Shown here: in pieces, positions 1 to 11,419 of the stretch
How the letters are laid out: each line of letters opens with the position of its first letter
Numbering within the stretch: the stretch's first letter is position 1
Source of the DNA: Peribolospora baueri
Lineage: Eukaryota
Assembly (NCBI GenBank): GCA_029717555.1
Contig: JAMDHS010000139.1
Coordinates: 1-32,562 of the forward strand
Length of the DNA stretch: 32,562 bases
Direction of reading: 5' to 3'
Notes under the pieces: generated by a model
The model's database searches: none
The model's input: the letters and a program-made list of their open reading frames with translations, nothing else
Told to the model about the DNA's origin: nothing
Translations under genes and position numbers: made by a program

Positions 1-2
1 AG

Positions 3-33
<31 letters not shown>
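1..33. repeat. Poly(A) run at the window edge (poly-T inside an intron on the minus strand)
   Basis: About 31 A's, lying downstream of the GTGAGC donor at 70 on the minus strand. Confidence 0.9.
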
Positions 34-34
<1 letters not shown>

Positions 35-1529
35 CAGCACGGAGGTAGGAGGTAGATGGCGGGCGCTCACCCCAAGGAAGAGGCCAGCCCAGACGGTCCA
101 GAGCAAGAAGGTGAGGGACAACCACCAATAGCCGTGCACGACGTCGGTCCAGATGTCTACGGCTCGTGTCGTCATCTGATCCGTGATGGTCGAAGCGTTG
201 GCCAGCTCGCTTTCAAAGTCGAGGAAATTTGCATAAGCGCTATCGACGAACTGATTGGCCATGACGGACGGGCCGACGATGGTTCTGTAAGATGGGTGTG
301 ATAGGACGTAAGGGAGCTGGACGGCAAAGGACGACAGACGAGGACTGCCATGACAGACAAACAAAGACAACTGCTCACCCAGCCATGACGAAGGGAACGC
401 CGAGGCAAAGACAGTTGATGACGATCGGCTTCGGAAGATAAGAATTGCGATCCCAGCCACTGCGACGCTTCCTCGAGTCTTCCGTTCGGCGGACGAGAAG
501 ACTCGGCGAGGCATAGAAGGTGCCCCTGCCATTCGGGAAACAGGCGGAGGTTCGAAGTTGTCAGCGGACAGAGGATCTAGGTGAACTCGACCTTTGGAGA
601 GAAACTCACCAGCCGGCCCAGAAGGCGCCAAACCAGAGAGGAAGCCAGATGAGACTGATCCAAAGGGCCTGGCGCCAAGCCGGTGCGCCATCTCTATGAA
701 CTTTGACGCCCTCCCAAACATATCCTTCCCACACTGTCGAAAGAAGGAAGGGGGACAAACGACCGATCGTTGAAAATCGGTTCGAGCCTCGCGTTGCATG
801 TCCGCCAGAATCACTCACCGACCGCAAAGCAGCCTTCTATGAGCACAAAGGCCATCTAAAGGACGAAGGAAGACGAGAAGAAGAGGTTTCGCATCAGAAT
901 TGAGGCACTTGAAAGTTGGGAGGACCATCGACGAGGGACGCACGAGAGCGTTAGGCACAATGTACGAGCCGTCGGCGCGAGACATGATCTTGAAGATCCA
1001 GCTGAAAAAGCAAACGAGCGACTGGTTAGTCCATGGACGGATAGCGGAGAGACCGGACAAGGCCCGTGAGACGCACAATGTTTTTTGAAGGATTCGTCGG
1101 AGGATGGCGGCGCCTGACGAGGCAAGGGGGAAGCAGATATCGAACGCAAACGCTCAGCCGAAAGCCCAGCTAGGCTAATGTGGTGGATCGCTTGTATTGT
1201 CCTTTCCTTCTTCCCAGGGACCAGATCCCGACCCCCCCTCTTTTTTCCATCTTCCATTCGAGTCGGGTTATCCCATAAGAGCTCGTCAACTCACCGCCAG
1301 CACAAATGACGACAGCCAAGCAGATAGAGATGACCTCCATCTGCAAAAAGTAGACATTGCCGAGGGTCATGTCATAGAAGAAGAACTGCCTGACGAACTT
1401 GTGTAGGCTTTGTACGGGCGTCGGGTCATGGGAAAAGTCGGGGAGCGTCAAGACGGGGTTATCGTACAACCGGAAGGAGTAGAGCGACATGGGCGTCGGG
1501 AACTGGGGGGGTGCCGGCGGCGGAGCCAT
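1..1529 (-). CDS. Uncharacterised multi-pass membrane protein (at least 5 TM segments), spliced, 3' end runs off the window
   Basis: Exons 1529-1295, 1113-1077, 1001-944, 855-819, 733-610, 525-379 and 284-71 join in frame through GT..AG introns; CTAAC/CTGAC branch sites were seen in at least two of them. Spliced product includes ...ISICLAVVICAGGAAILRRILQKTFWIFKIMSRADGSYIVPNALMAFVLIEGCFAVVWEGYVW...LWISLIWLPLWFGAFWAGWGTFYA...IVINCLCLGVPFVMAGTIVG...YWWLSLTFLLWTVWAGLFLG. The next intron starts at 70. Confidence 0.8.
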
Positions 1530-3094
1530 GGCGGGCGACGTGGCTTCGCCGAGCGCACCTCGGGCGTCGGTCGGGTCTGCGTCTGCGTCTGTGCTTGCGC
1601 TGATGTGATTCGACCGAGCCGGTGGGCGAGCTTGGCTCTGCGGAAGCCAGCGTCGTCGTCGAGGTGTGGGAGGGAGAAAAGTCGGGGCTCGGGCACACCT
1701 TGGAGGGGGACGAGGTGGTGGTCAGAAGCGAACGTGGGAGGGAATGGAAGACATGGAAGACATGACCTTGGGGCGCGACAAAAGAGTGCGGCAGCCGGGC
1801 GAGTTCGGAGAGGGTGAAGCAAGAAGAAGAGGAGCGAAGAAGAACAAGGAAAGAAAGACAAGACGTCTGCGGAGGCCCGCTAGGTCGCTGGTGAAGGGTG
1901 AGACGGGATGGGGAGTCCGCCGCATCCGATCTGATCGGCCAGCCAGGCGGGATCTCTTCTTGCTCTCCTCTCTTCTGTTCTAATTCTTCCTTCCTTCCTT
2001 CCTTCCTTCTTCTCCGAGGGCCGAGGGAGCGGCAAACGCATGCGCATGCGTCTGCTAGGTGGACTGACTGACTAGTTCATCAGCTCATCTGTCGCTAGCG
2101 CAAAACACGTCGACCAAACCCGTTGGGCCGGCGTCCCAGGACGGACGACATTGACGGGAGTGTCCGTTGCGCCGCGCCGAGGACGGCGACGCGGGCTGAG
2201 AGTAGAGAGGAGAGTCGATGCGGGGACTGCAGTCAGCGTGTGCGCCTCACGCGTGCGAGCCTACGAGCCTACTCGCCTACGGGCCTACGGGCGTACGAGT
2301 CTGGCTGGTTCCGGGGGCTGCCGGAAGTGCAGCAGGCGAATTAGGTGGGCACACTAACTTAGCTAGGCCATTGCCGACGACAAAGCGAAGCGTCGCGGGC
2401 GTGTCCCGGGCCGGCGACGGAATGGGCGACGGTTGGCGAGGCGAGGCGAGGCGCGGCGGAAGCTCATAGCCATGTGCAAATGTGCAAATATGCAAATGTG
2501 CAGGATGGGCGCCCAAATAAAGTAAATAGCGTCCTCCGTCGTGGGTCGCGAGCGCCGGGCGCAGTGCAGTGTGCTCGGCTGGGCTTGGCTGGAGAGGTCA
2601 ACCGCGGCGACAAGGCGTTGGGGTTGGTTGGTTGGTCGTTGGTCGTTGGTCGTTGGTCGTTGGTTACGCCCGATGGAGGAGAAATGAGAGCCGAGTAGGG
2701 TGGGAGGCGGCGGCCGCTGGCGCAAGAAGGCTCCGAGGGCTGTCGTGGGGCGCACGGTGTCATCTCGCCGTCCTCCTTCCTCCCATTCCGCCATCAGCGG
2801 GTGAAAATCGTTACCGTTCTCTGTCCCTTGGTTTGGTCGTCCTTGTGAGACGCTCTCGCCCCCACCTCGTCCTTCTTTCCATTTCTCCTGTCTCACAACG
2901 CCTCCCCTCGCTCGCAACGCCGACCAGCAGCTGGCCAGGTCTCTCTCTCTCACACACACACAGAGCGGATGGATGGGTGCCTCGAGGGAAGTGACGTGAT
3001 GTGAGGTGTCGGCTACCTATAGGCGGCCTACACACACACACGTCTCATCCTACCACTCAGTCAGTCAGTCGACGGCGAGTCGCGGTTACTATAC

Positions 3095-3150
3095 CCACTC
3101 GGCGGAAAAAAGGGCTAGACAGCCACTCGGCGGGAAAAAGGGCTAGACAG
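3095..3150. repeat. 28-bp tandem direct repeat (2 copies, 1 mismatch)
   Basis: CCACTCGGCGGAAAAAAGGGCTAGACAG followed by CCACTCGGCGGGAAAAAGGGCTAGACAG. Confidence 0.9.
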
Positions 3151-3557
3151 ATGCGCTAACGAGGACAGTGGCCGGTCGCCTCGGACGCCGGACGCCGCTT
3201 CTTCGCATGCCTCCGTAGGTCGTTGTCGATCTCTCTCTCTCTCCTTACCGACCAAGATGCGCTCGAAGAAGTCAGATCGCAAGAATGGATGGATAGATCT
3301 GATAGTGGGTGGTTGGTTCGTTAGTTCGTTGGTTCGTTGGTTCGTGATGGAAGCGATGGATGGACGCGAACGAACAGAAAGGCTAGTCAGTCGTCGGAAC
3401 GGCTTTTCCGCCCGTCCTGCGTCGAGTCGAGTCCAAGTCGAGTCGACCTTCTCTTACTCGCCAGTCCACTCGTCCGGTTCCACCCCGTCGTCGATGTTTA
3501 GGCGACGATCGAGGTCGACGACGGCGTCTGCGCGACGCTAGCTAGTCAGCTAAGGAA

Positions 3558-3558
<1 letters not shown>

Positions 3559-3595
<37 letters not shown>
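3559..3595. repeat. Poly(A) tract, about 37 nt, intergenic
   Basis: Seen directly in the sequence. Confidence 0.9.
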
Positions 3596-3599
<4 letters not shown>

Positions 3600-4027
3600 G
3601 GACACCGCCTCCGACGATCAGCGGTCGTCGTCGGTATTCTTCTCCGTCTCGGCCTTTCCCGTATGTGAAACAGCCATTGCGACCAGCACACGACCCCGGC
3701 ATGCCATCATCGCATCGCATGGGGTTGCAGATGCCACGACGCAGCTTAGCGTAATCACACCGTCTTCTGACGGTCCTCGGTCTGTCAAACGTTGCCATCA
3801 CTTCCGCCCCACAAATCCCCCGCGATCGACTTTCACATGCCGGCGGACGTGGCAGTCGCACTCGCAGTCGGACGGGGCAGCGCCGGAAGAAAGTGACCAA
3901 CAAGTCAACCACCACCACTATTCACGCGACGGACTATACCTGCCCTACGACTGTGGTTATGTACAGTACAACGGGCGGTCACCGCACGTCCCTGCAATCG
4001 ACGACGAGAACAGCGGGGGGTCCTATT

Positions 4028-7000
4028 TCATGTGCTAAACGACAGCGTGGTCTGACCGATGATCACTCGCGCCGTCCGGTCCGTCGGCCACTCGAACCGT
4101 ACTAGCTCTAGCGTGGCAGCGACGGTCATCCATCCTGTTTTCGCGAGCGCGAACGGTGGTGGTGTGGTGCGATGAGACGAAGCGAAGCCGACATCCATCA
4201 TCGTCAGTCAGTCAGTCAAGCAGTCAGTCAGTCAGTCAGTCAGCACGGCAGCCCAACAACGCACGCACCTTCATCGCCGACGTGAAAGTCGATCGACTTG
4301 TACGCTCCTGAACCGTCCCCTCCGCCTCCCTGCCTCGGCGGCGCGCCCGGCATAAAGAGACTCGTGATAGACGTTCCCACCTTCCAAATCAGCGCCTTGC
4401 CCTCTTCCAAGCTCACCGTCACCAGCCGTCTGCCGTCGGGTGAAAAGCTGCACGCCGTCACCTGTCGCTTGTGCCCTTCGAGTACGTACAGCCGCGTGGC
4501 TGTCTTGAGGTCGTACATGATCGCAGCCCCTTCGTGCGTGCCCACCGCCAGCCGCTGCAGCTTGCCGTGGAAGGCGATGGACGGGTAAGTGCTCACCAGC
4601 TCGTTGATCATCACCGTCGCCGCTTCCACCACCGCTTCACGCAGGTTGGTGATCGTCGGATCCAGCGATTTCACCACCGCCTCCGCCAGTCTCGGCAGAT
4701 TTGGATACAGCACCAGCGGTTTCTGAACACACAAACAACCAACGGTACGACGGTTGATATGAACGGCACTCGGGGCCTCGGAACACAAAAAAGAAATCAT
4801 GCTCTCACCCTGCGGACCATGAATGCGACCAACTTCATCGTCGCCGTGCAATGCGCCGGAGTCCTCGCTTGCAGGATATCGAGCGAAAGGGTGGTCATGA
4901 ACAGCGGCGTATTGACCGAAGCCATCTGGAGCGTCGCCTGCCGGGCCAGACTCCGGTTCTCCGGCGCCGCCGTCGATTCCTTGTTCGTCGCGAGGCTGAA
5001 CAGCGTCCGCACGACTTCCATTGCATCGAAGTAGTGTTGCCAGATGGAGAAACCACGGCAGCAGAGCTCGATGGCGATGGCCTGGTGAACGGCGTTGTCG
5101 CCGTCGTCGATGTACGTTGCGATGCTAGCCGAAATATCCTTCAGAGAGCTACACATGGAAATACGCTCAGTGTTTGCTTTTCGCCACATCGTCAACTCGG
5201 TGACTAAGACTGACCTTGACTCTAGCAGTTTGTATCGCTCGCTCGCGATGAGTCCGAGGAGGAGCACAGCCAAAGGCCCATCAGACGTCTCCGCCTGCAC
5301 TTGAACCGGGGCCGCACCGGGAACTACGCATCCCAAAAGATAAAAGAGAGTGCTGAAGATCAGTTAAGATGCTTGTACGCCTTTGTTTTGCCTCATCTAG
5401 CTTTAAAGACAAGCTCTTACGGCGAGGCTGCCACTCTTCAGCAAGCTGGATAACCTCTTCGTTGGAAAGGCGGCTGAGAAAAGAGCCGAACAGGAGCCTT
5501 GCCGAGGCTTGAATCTCGGCTGTGTGGGGGTGACCGAGGCCAGGGAAATAATCAGCAATCTGAACCGTCGGGACGACTGCGGGCTCGGATCGCACTCACT
5601 AGACGCGTCGAAGAAGTAGCTGACAAAGAAGGACAAGGAAGGCTGTGCAAACTCCTCTCCAACCACGTCGGGGAGCGAAGACGCCATGAAGGCGATGATC
5701 TCGCTGGCAGCCCTTTCGTACTCTGCAATGGCCGCCAATCGAGCGTTCGTTGGCGGCGTTAACAACAGAAGGAACATCGTAGACAACCTAATCTGTCTTC
5801 GCTCGACGCACCTTCCATATTCAAGAACACACGTAGCAAACTGACCATGACCAGTAAACGATGTGCCGTGGAAAGAGGAGAGATCGTCCAAACATTCCGG
5901 CCTTGGGAAGGCGCTGTGCGAGCAACTGCTCCGTCGGTACTAGAAACATACGGTAACAGGTCAATTTTGTAAGTGGTGAGACCTGCCAGGATTAGCAATG
6001 ACTGGCTGGGAGGGACATTGAGAGGTTCACCTGGGTATGCCCACGCCTACGTGCTTGCCAAAACCCACATGCTCGCCCAGTACGTCGGCACACAGCTGAT
6101 CAAGCCTCTCGTCCAGATGGCGCGGCAAAATCGGCGCGAGCAGAGAGCGAGCGATCACGAGCGCCTTAGTCGCATGCGGCGTCAAACTGGAGCGGACGAA
6201 ACTTTTGGGCACCTTGATCCGCCCTAGGGTGTCGAAGACGTCTGCGCCGGGCTGTTCATTGTTAGAATGGACCGATGAAGAGGGTTGCAGGATGCGGGTG
6301 ATGATGTCTAACGCTTTGCGGAAGTCAATATCGGTTATGGCAGCTGACAGTCGAATGGAAAGTACGGGAACATAAAGGAGATGAACCCGATGTCATCATA
6401 TCATGAACTAAAAATGGAGCTCACCACATGAGGGGCGAATAACTGGTGGCCTTCGCAGCAGATGTCCAGCTATGTCCGTGTTCTTGATGGTCAATTCCAA
6501 GTCACTGCAAAAAATTATCGTTCGGAGAGTTGGACGTGTTAGTTCTGGAGTACCGCGGTTGACCGGTTAGTACTCACAGTTCAGCCCAGGGGGAGTCGCC
6601 CTCCGCAAGAACAGCTTCGGCTGTCGCCATAGTCACGGAGCGTCGTAGCTCCTGCGACCTTGCGTCCCACAATCTTGCCTTCCCATCCGCGTAAAGGAGG
6701 AGCAGGTCCTCGTCCCTTGCGTATAGCCGAGAAAGGGGAGCCGACGACGAGGGCAGCGTGAAGGATAGTCTCAGCCCGTCAAGAAGCAACACAGCGACCG
6801 TGCCGTCCTCAGCAACAACGACCAAAGATCCTTGCAAACGGGGCATGGGTTCTTGGCCGAGCTGGAAGATAGAACGGACAGGCGTGGTAAAGAGAGCAAA
6901 TTCGGCTTGCAGTCGAAGGTCCCTAAACAAGTCGCAAGCAAGAGGTCAGGCTCATCCTTGATGCTCTCGTGAGAAGATTGGAAAGGTACCTACTGCGAGC

Positions 7001-10000
7001 TCCATACAACCAGAGCGCCGGTGTCGGTCCCACCCACGACATGCTTCGAACCCGTGCGCTGGTTCACCACTTCGCGCAGGACGATGATGGAGCCATCGTA
7101 TCGAGATGCATTGGCGAGCGGGGCCAGTGAAGGGGGCTCGGATCCTAGGAGCTTGTCGAAAGTGTGAGACGATATATTCCCGGTTGCTAGGGAGGACAAG
7201 GACATGAGAGGAGGGCATCAGCATTGAGATGAAGAAGACAAAGCAAACCAGATGCTCGACCATGGCGCTCACAGCTTCCCAGTAAGATCCGACTCAATGC
7301 AAGAGGCAAAGCAGCCGTAACGTGGACCCGGCCTGTAGCTGTAGAAGCACCTTTCGTCTGGAACAATGTCAGTGAAGCTTCGGCATGGTTCGCTTCTTTG
7401 ATGCAGGTCGGTGTGCAAACTAGCTGCAAACGCCCATCCCTCAGGCGCGCAAGCACAAATTGCTCGCCAGCCGAAGCAGGCAGGCAAACAGCTCTCTCGG
7501 TGCACGGCGATGGAAGTCGACTGACGATGTCGACACTAGCCGAAAGGCAAAAAGAACGACGCAGTTAACAGGGCATCCCTGACAGGACAACCGCCGAAGG
7601 TGACTTCTTACTATAACCGATCGCCGTCCTCCGTTTCGTCGCCGTTTTCATCTGCGGGCTGCAGTCGGACCTTCAAAGCACCGTTCTGAAAATTTCCATC
7701 CAACAAATTTGTGAGCGTCACTCTGATGAACTCGGGTCGAAGCAGGCTAAATTTTGCCTTTGTCTACTTAATTCAACCGCGGTCATACCTTTGTAGTAAT
7801 CAAAATCTCTCCCTCCCAGGCCAGCGACTGGACGTCGGTAATACCCGGCTCGTCTATGCTCGCCAGGGTCACGACTTCTCGATTCCGGACCGTGAACACC
7901 TGCGAGACATGTGGCAAGTGATCCGATGAATGATCATCAAGACAGTCAGCCCCAAGAAGAAATTCAAAAACACTCACTGCTGCCGACCTCGAGTTCCATG
8001 CGACGAGCAGCTCCCCTCCCGCGCTCGCCAAATGTCTCGGCTTGCCTCGGGCGAGTTGAACAAACCCGTCCACCTGGATAGGTTCACCAAGCGTGATTGG
8101 CGGAATGTGTACGGTCATAGGGACCCCGCCACCTTGCTGGCCCTGTTGTTGACCTTTGTCACTGCTTCCAACGCCGGACGCCGTCGGCTGATTCACAGGG
8201 CCCCCAGCCACAACGCCAACGGCAGAATGGGCGGAGGTGGAAGCGGGTGGAGCAAAAGTAACCCTACGAAGGAGGACGCTTCCGTCTCGACGGTCGACGG
8301 ACGCGAGGTGGCACACTCCTGACGCCGCGGCGACCACCTGCGTCGGCGGGGTGTGCCTCGAGGGCCAGTCCAGCTCCTCCACAATCCTTTCGGGAGGCGT
8401 GAGGGAAATGAAGGAAAGGCGGGAGGAAAGGGCGTCATAGCATAGGGCGTGTCGCTACGGTTGATGTTTTGGTGGGTAAACATGAGGCGGTACGCGTGCA
8501 AGTAAAGGAAGGGACGAGAGAGAGATATATGTGACGGAGCTGCTGGTCAGCTACTCAACTGACTTGACATGATTTGATACTGCTCATTATTCAAGGGAAA
8601 AAAAGTATGCTCCACGCACCTGTCCAGATGTAATTATCTCCAGATTCTCAAACCTCGCCGCCCTCGTGATGGACGCGCCTAGACCAGTAGAAAGGGCGGC
8701 TCTATCAGCCGTCTCCGAAGGTTTGACGTTTCCGCCCTCTCCTCTGACACTGGCATCGCTTGGTCGTCGACTCCTAGAAGCTCCGGCGAGAAGGCCAGGC
8801 AGGGGGAGGTGTGAGAAGTCCAGGTGATGATGCTTAGTCTGCTCTTTATCCTTCGACGCAAACGGTGATTCCGCATTCGGCCTGGCGGGACCATTGGGCG
8901 AGTTGTCTAGACCTCCCGCAGCTCTTGCAGGTTTGGGAGGGAGGCCTGTGGACAAAGAAATGGATCGGATGAGAGAAAAATCCTCTAGTGACCAGATGGA
9001 AAGGGTGCTGTGTAAGTGTTCGGAGTTGAGGGGTCAATTCGAGGTGAGAGGTAATCGTGTCAGCTGCTTCCTATTCCCATCCAGCTCTATGCCACGTATA
9101 GACCATATCCGGCCCACCGCTTCCGGGGTTTCTGACACCTAAAGCCAGTCCAGTTCGCACTGGAGAAAAACTCACCCGCGGCTCTGCAAGACAACCATCT
9201 TTGCCTTTTCCTGAACGGAACTATTGCCTCTGATCCTCCCGAGTCTCTCCACTTTCACTACTGGGCTTTGGTCTGGCGTCAGGAGCTGCACGAGGGGCTC
9301 CAGAGATCCATCCTCCGTCGTGACGTCGGTATCAACGCGGAATTGTTGACTGAGTGGCCTTCCCGGAGGTTGGTAGGGAAATCTGAGGGTTGTCTCCGAG
9401 GACCTGCCCGCTTGCTCCCCGCCGACAGAGCTTTTGCGGCCGTCTTCGCCCTCGTGGTCCTTGACGACAGGCTCATAGGACTGCGCATGTCCGGAGCCGA
9501 ACGGACGCTCGCCGCCGCGAGAGGAGGGCGGAGTGCCAGATGTACTGCTCACGGCTGTGCTAGGTGCCGGCCAGTTTCCCTCTGTCGCCTCTGTTCTTGT
9601 CGTAGGAGACTGGCGCCCGTTCTTGTACTCCTTGCCAACTTTGCCCGCCCCTGCACCCACGTTCCCCACCCTAGCGCCTGCCCCTCCGCTCGCTGCGGCA
9701 ATTTGGCTTAGGGAGCTAACGGAAGAGCGGTGTCGATGCCCGTTCGAGTGGTCTTTCCCCTTCTCACCGCTTGACGGGTGGCCAAGGCCCAGTCGTTCGA
9801 ACATCCCACTCAAAGCGGAAGGGTGCGGCGAATGTGTATCGCTGCAGGCGGCATCTCGAATGACTTGGAGTTCGCCCTGAGCAGTGTGATCGTGGTTGCT
9901 GTCGCGGCCGCCGTCTTCGCTTGCGTTGGACTCATCAGCCTTGCCCGTAATCTCCTCAAAGTCGCTCGCAGAGACATTAGCATGTGATGTACCAGTGAGA

Positions 10001-10884
10001 GGGGATATCAGAGGTGCTGAGACGTGAGGCGCGGACGGAAGCCTAGGAGCAAGGTCGAGATGCGGGTGACCACCGGCAGTGCGTGCGGAGACGACGGACG
10101 GCATAGGACTGGATCGGGCAGCGCTCGTGCGAGAGGACATCGATAACGAGCGGTGGAAACGTCGAGCAAACTGGTCTGCAACCTCAGGTGATGTGGGAGG
10201 TAAAGGCGAGCGATAATGGCTGCCGCTAGGTCGGTGTTCGCTGAGAATCCATACCGAGCCATCTGCACAACCCAATGCAACCACCATCTTTCCTCGTCCT
10301 TGAGGTCGCTCGATTTGTGGCTCGTCCTGATCGGAGTCCCCAAGCTCGACCGCAGGTAGCTGCGTTGCATCATTGAGATCCTCACTTTGTTCGGCGTCCT
10401 CGCGCCATGACTCTGCTACGGAAAAAGCGGTGGGTCCGGGTTGAGAAGTCCCTTCTTGTCGGCCGTCCTCGCCTGTCTGGTCGACGGTCGTAGTGGCAGC
10501 AGCATCGCCAGGCTCTATAACTTCCGCAGGATGGTAGACATCTGGCGCAGTTGATGGGTGATCGTGCCAAGCGACCATGTCCCGCATCCATTTCCTTCGC
10601 CCGGCGTTGCAAGCAACGTCGCCGTCCATGAGACAGAACGGGTCCGCACCGTCAGGAGCATCTTCCCATTCTCCCTCTGCATCGAACACCTCGTCTTCGA
10701 AAGCAAGTGCTGGATCATCTCCAGGATGACCGTAGTGCTCTGGACCCCAGCTAGCCACATCGTACTGAGTAGGCGGGGTTGGCTCGAACGGCTGTCCGGT
10801 GGCTGGGCGTTGATCGGAAGATTGGCGGGACGAGCTGGGCCAGTGGAAGGACAGCGGTACGACGAGCGGAAGGATGGTCGTCAT
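4028..10884 (-). CDS. WDR7: WD40-repeat protein of the WDR7/WDR72 (rabconnectin-3 beta-like) family, multi-exon
   Basis: C-terminal WD block YPSIAFHGKLQRLAVGTHEGAAIMYDLKTATRLYVLEGHKRQVTACSFSPDGRRLVTVSLEEGKALIW. Internal WD strands VALGCADGSVWI, VVAEDGTVAV and LLYADGKARLWD. ATG at 10884; exon 1 10884-9176, exon 2 9007-8620, exon 3 8454-7789, then several more exons. The last exon 4134-4028 encodes WMTVAATLELVRFEWPTDRTARVIIGQTTLSFST*. Confidence 0.8.
4204..4243 (-). repeat. (CTGA)n microsatellite in the last intron (4135-4268) of the WDR7-like gene
   Basis: About 9 TCAG units on the plus strand with one interruption. Confidence 0.85.
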
Positions 10885-11419
10885 GGCAAGCAAGCGCAAG
10901 CGTCTGCTACGCAGAGCTGAGCTCGAATGTGAGAAAGCGGAACGTCGCCCTATGGTAGGGTCGACTCCTGAAAGTGTAGACCCTCTTGGCCTTGGGAGGT
11001 CGAGTGGTCCGACGGATCTACGTGTGGGTTGATCGACTGGTGCGGTTCAAGAGGCGGTCCGTGCGCACTGCTCCCGCGCCCCGCAGGCCTGATGACTCGA
11101 TCACGACGCGAGAGAGAGAACTCGATTGCCCGTACCGCACAGATGTAGCGAGCCGACCCGGGCGATACGACAATGAAGCGAGTGTAACATGGCGATGGAC
11201 CAAGTACCTAACCGCACATAACAAAAAGACAAGGGAGGAGGAGGGAGTGGAGACGACGCGCGCAGAGCAGAGGGCGCAAAATGTCACGTGATTACTTCCT
11301 TCCATCGCGGCCAGACGACCAAGCAGCGACCATATCGCACGGACAGGTGAATCATATCACCCACCATCTTATTTTCTGCTTCCTCAGCTGCCGTGAGCGC
11401 TGTCATCAAGCTTAAGAGG
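10885..11419. promoter_or_regulatory. Divergent promoter between the WDR7-like gene and ARG7; E-box GTCACGTGA at 11283-11291 and ATGACTC at 11092-11098
   Basis: Head-to-head ATGs 535 bp apart. The motifs are visible in the sequence; their function is inferred. Confidence 0.55.

Noticed and set aside
3559..3595. Poly(A) as a retroelement or retrocopy tail
   Set aside because: No target-site duplication or element body seen; similar homopolymers occur in introns at both window ends.
2123..4105. Many short ORFs in the long intergenic region
   Set aside because: Microsatellite-derived, low-complexity translations with no coherent splice or codon pattern.
11281..11415. Upstream ORF as an arginine attenuator peptide
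   Set aside because: Only SxDY resembles AAP. It lacks the DYLSDHLW core, and AAP belongs to CPA1/arg-2, not ARG7.
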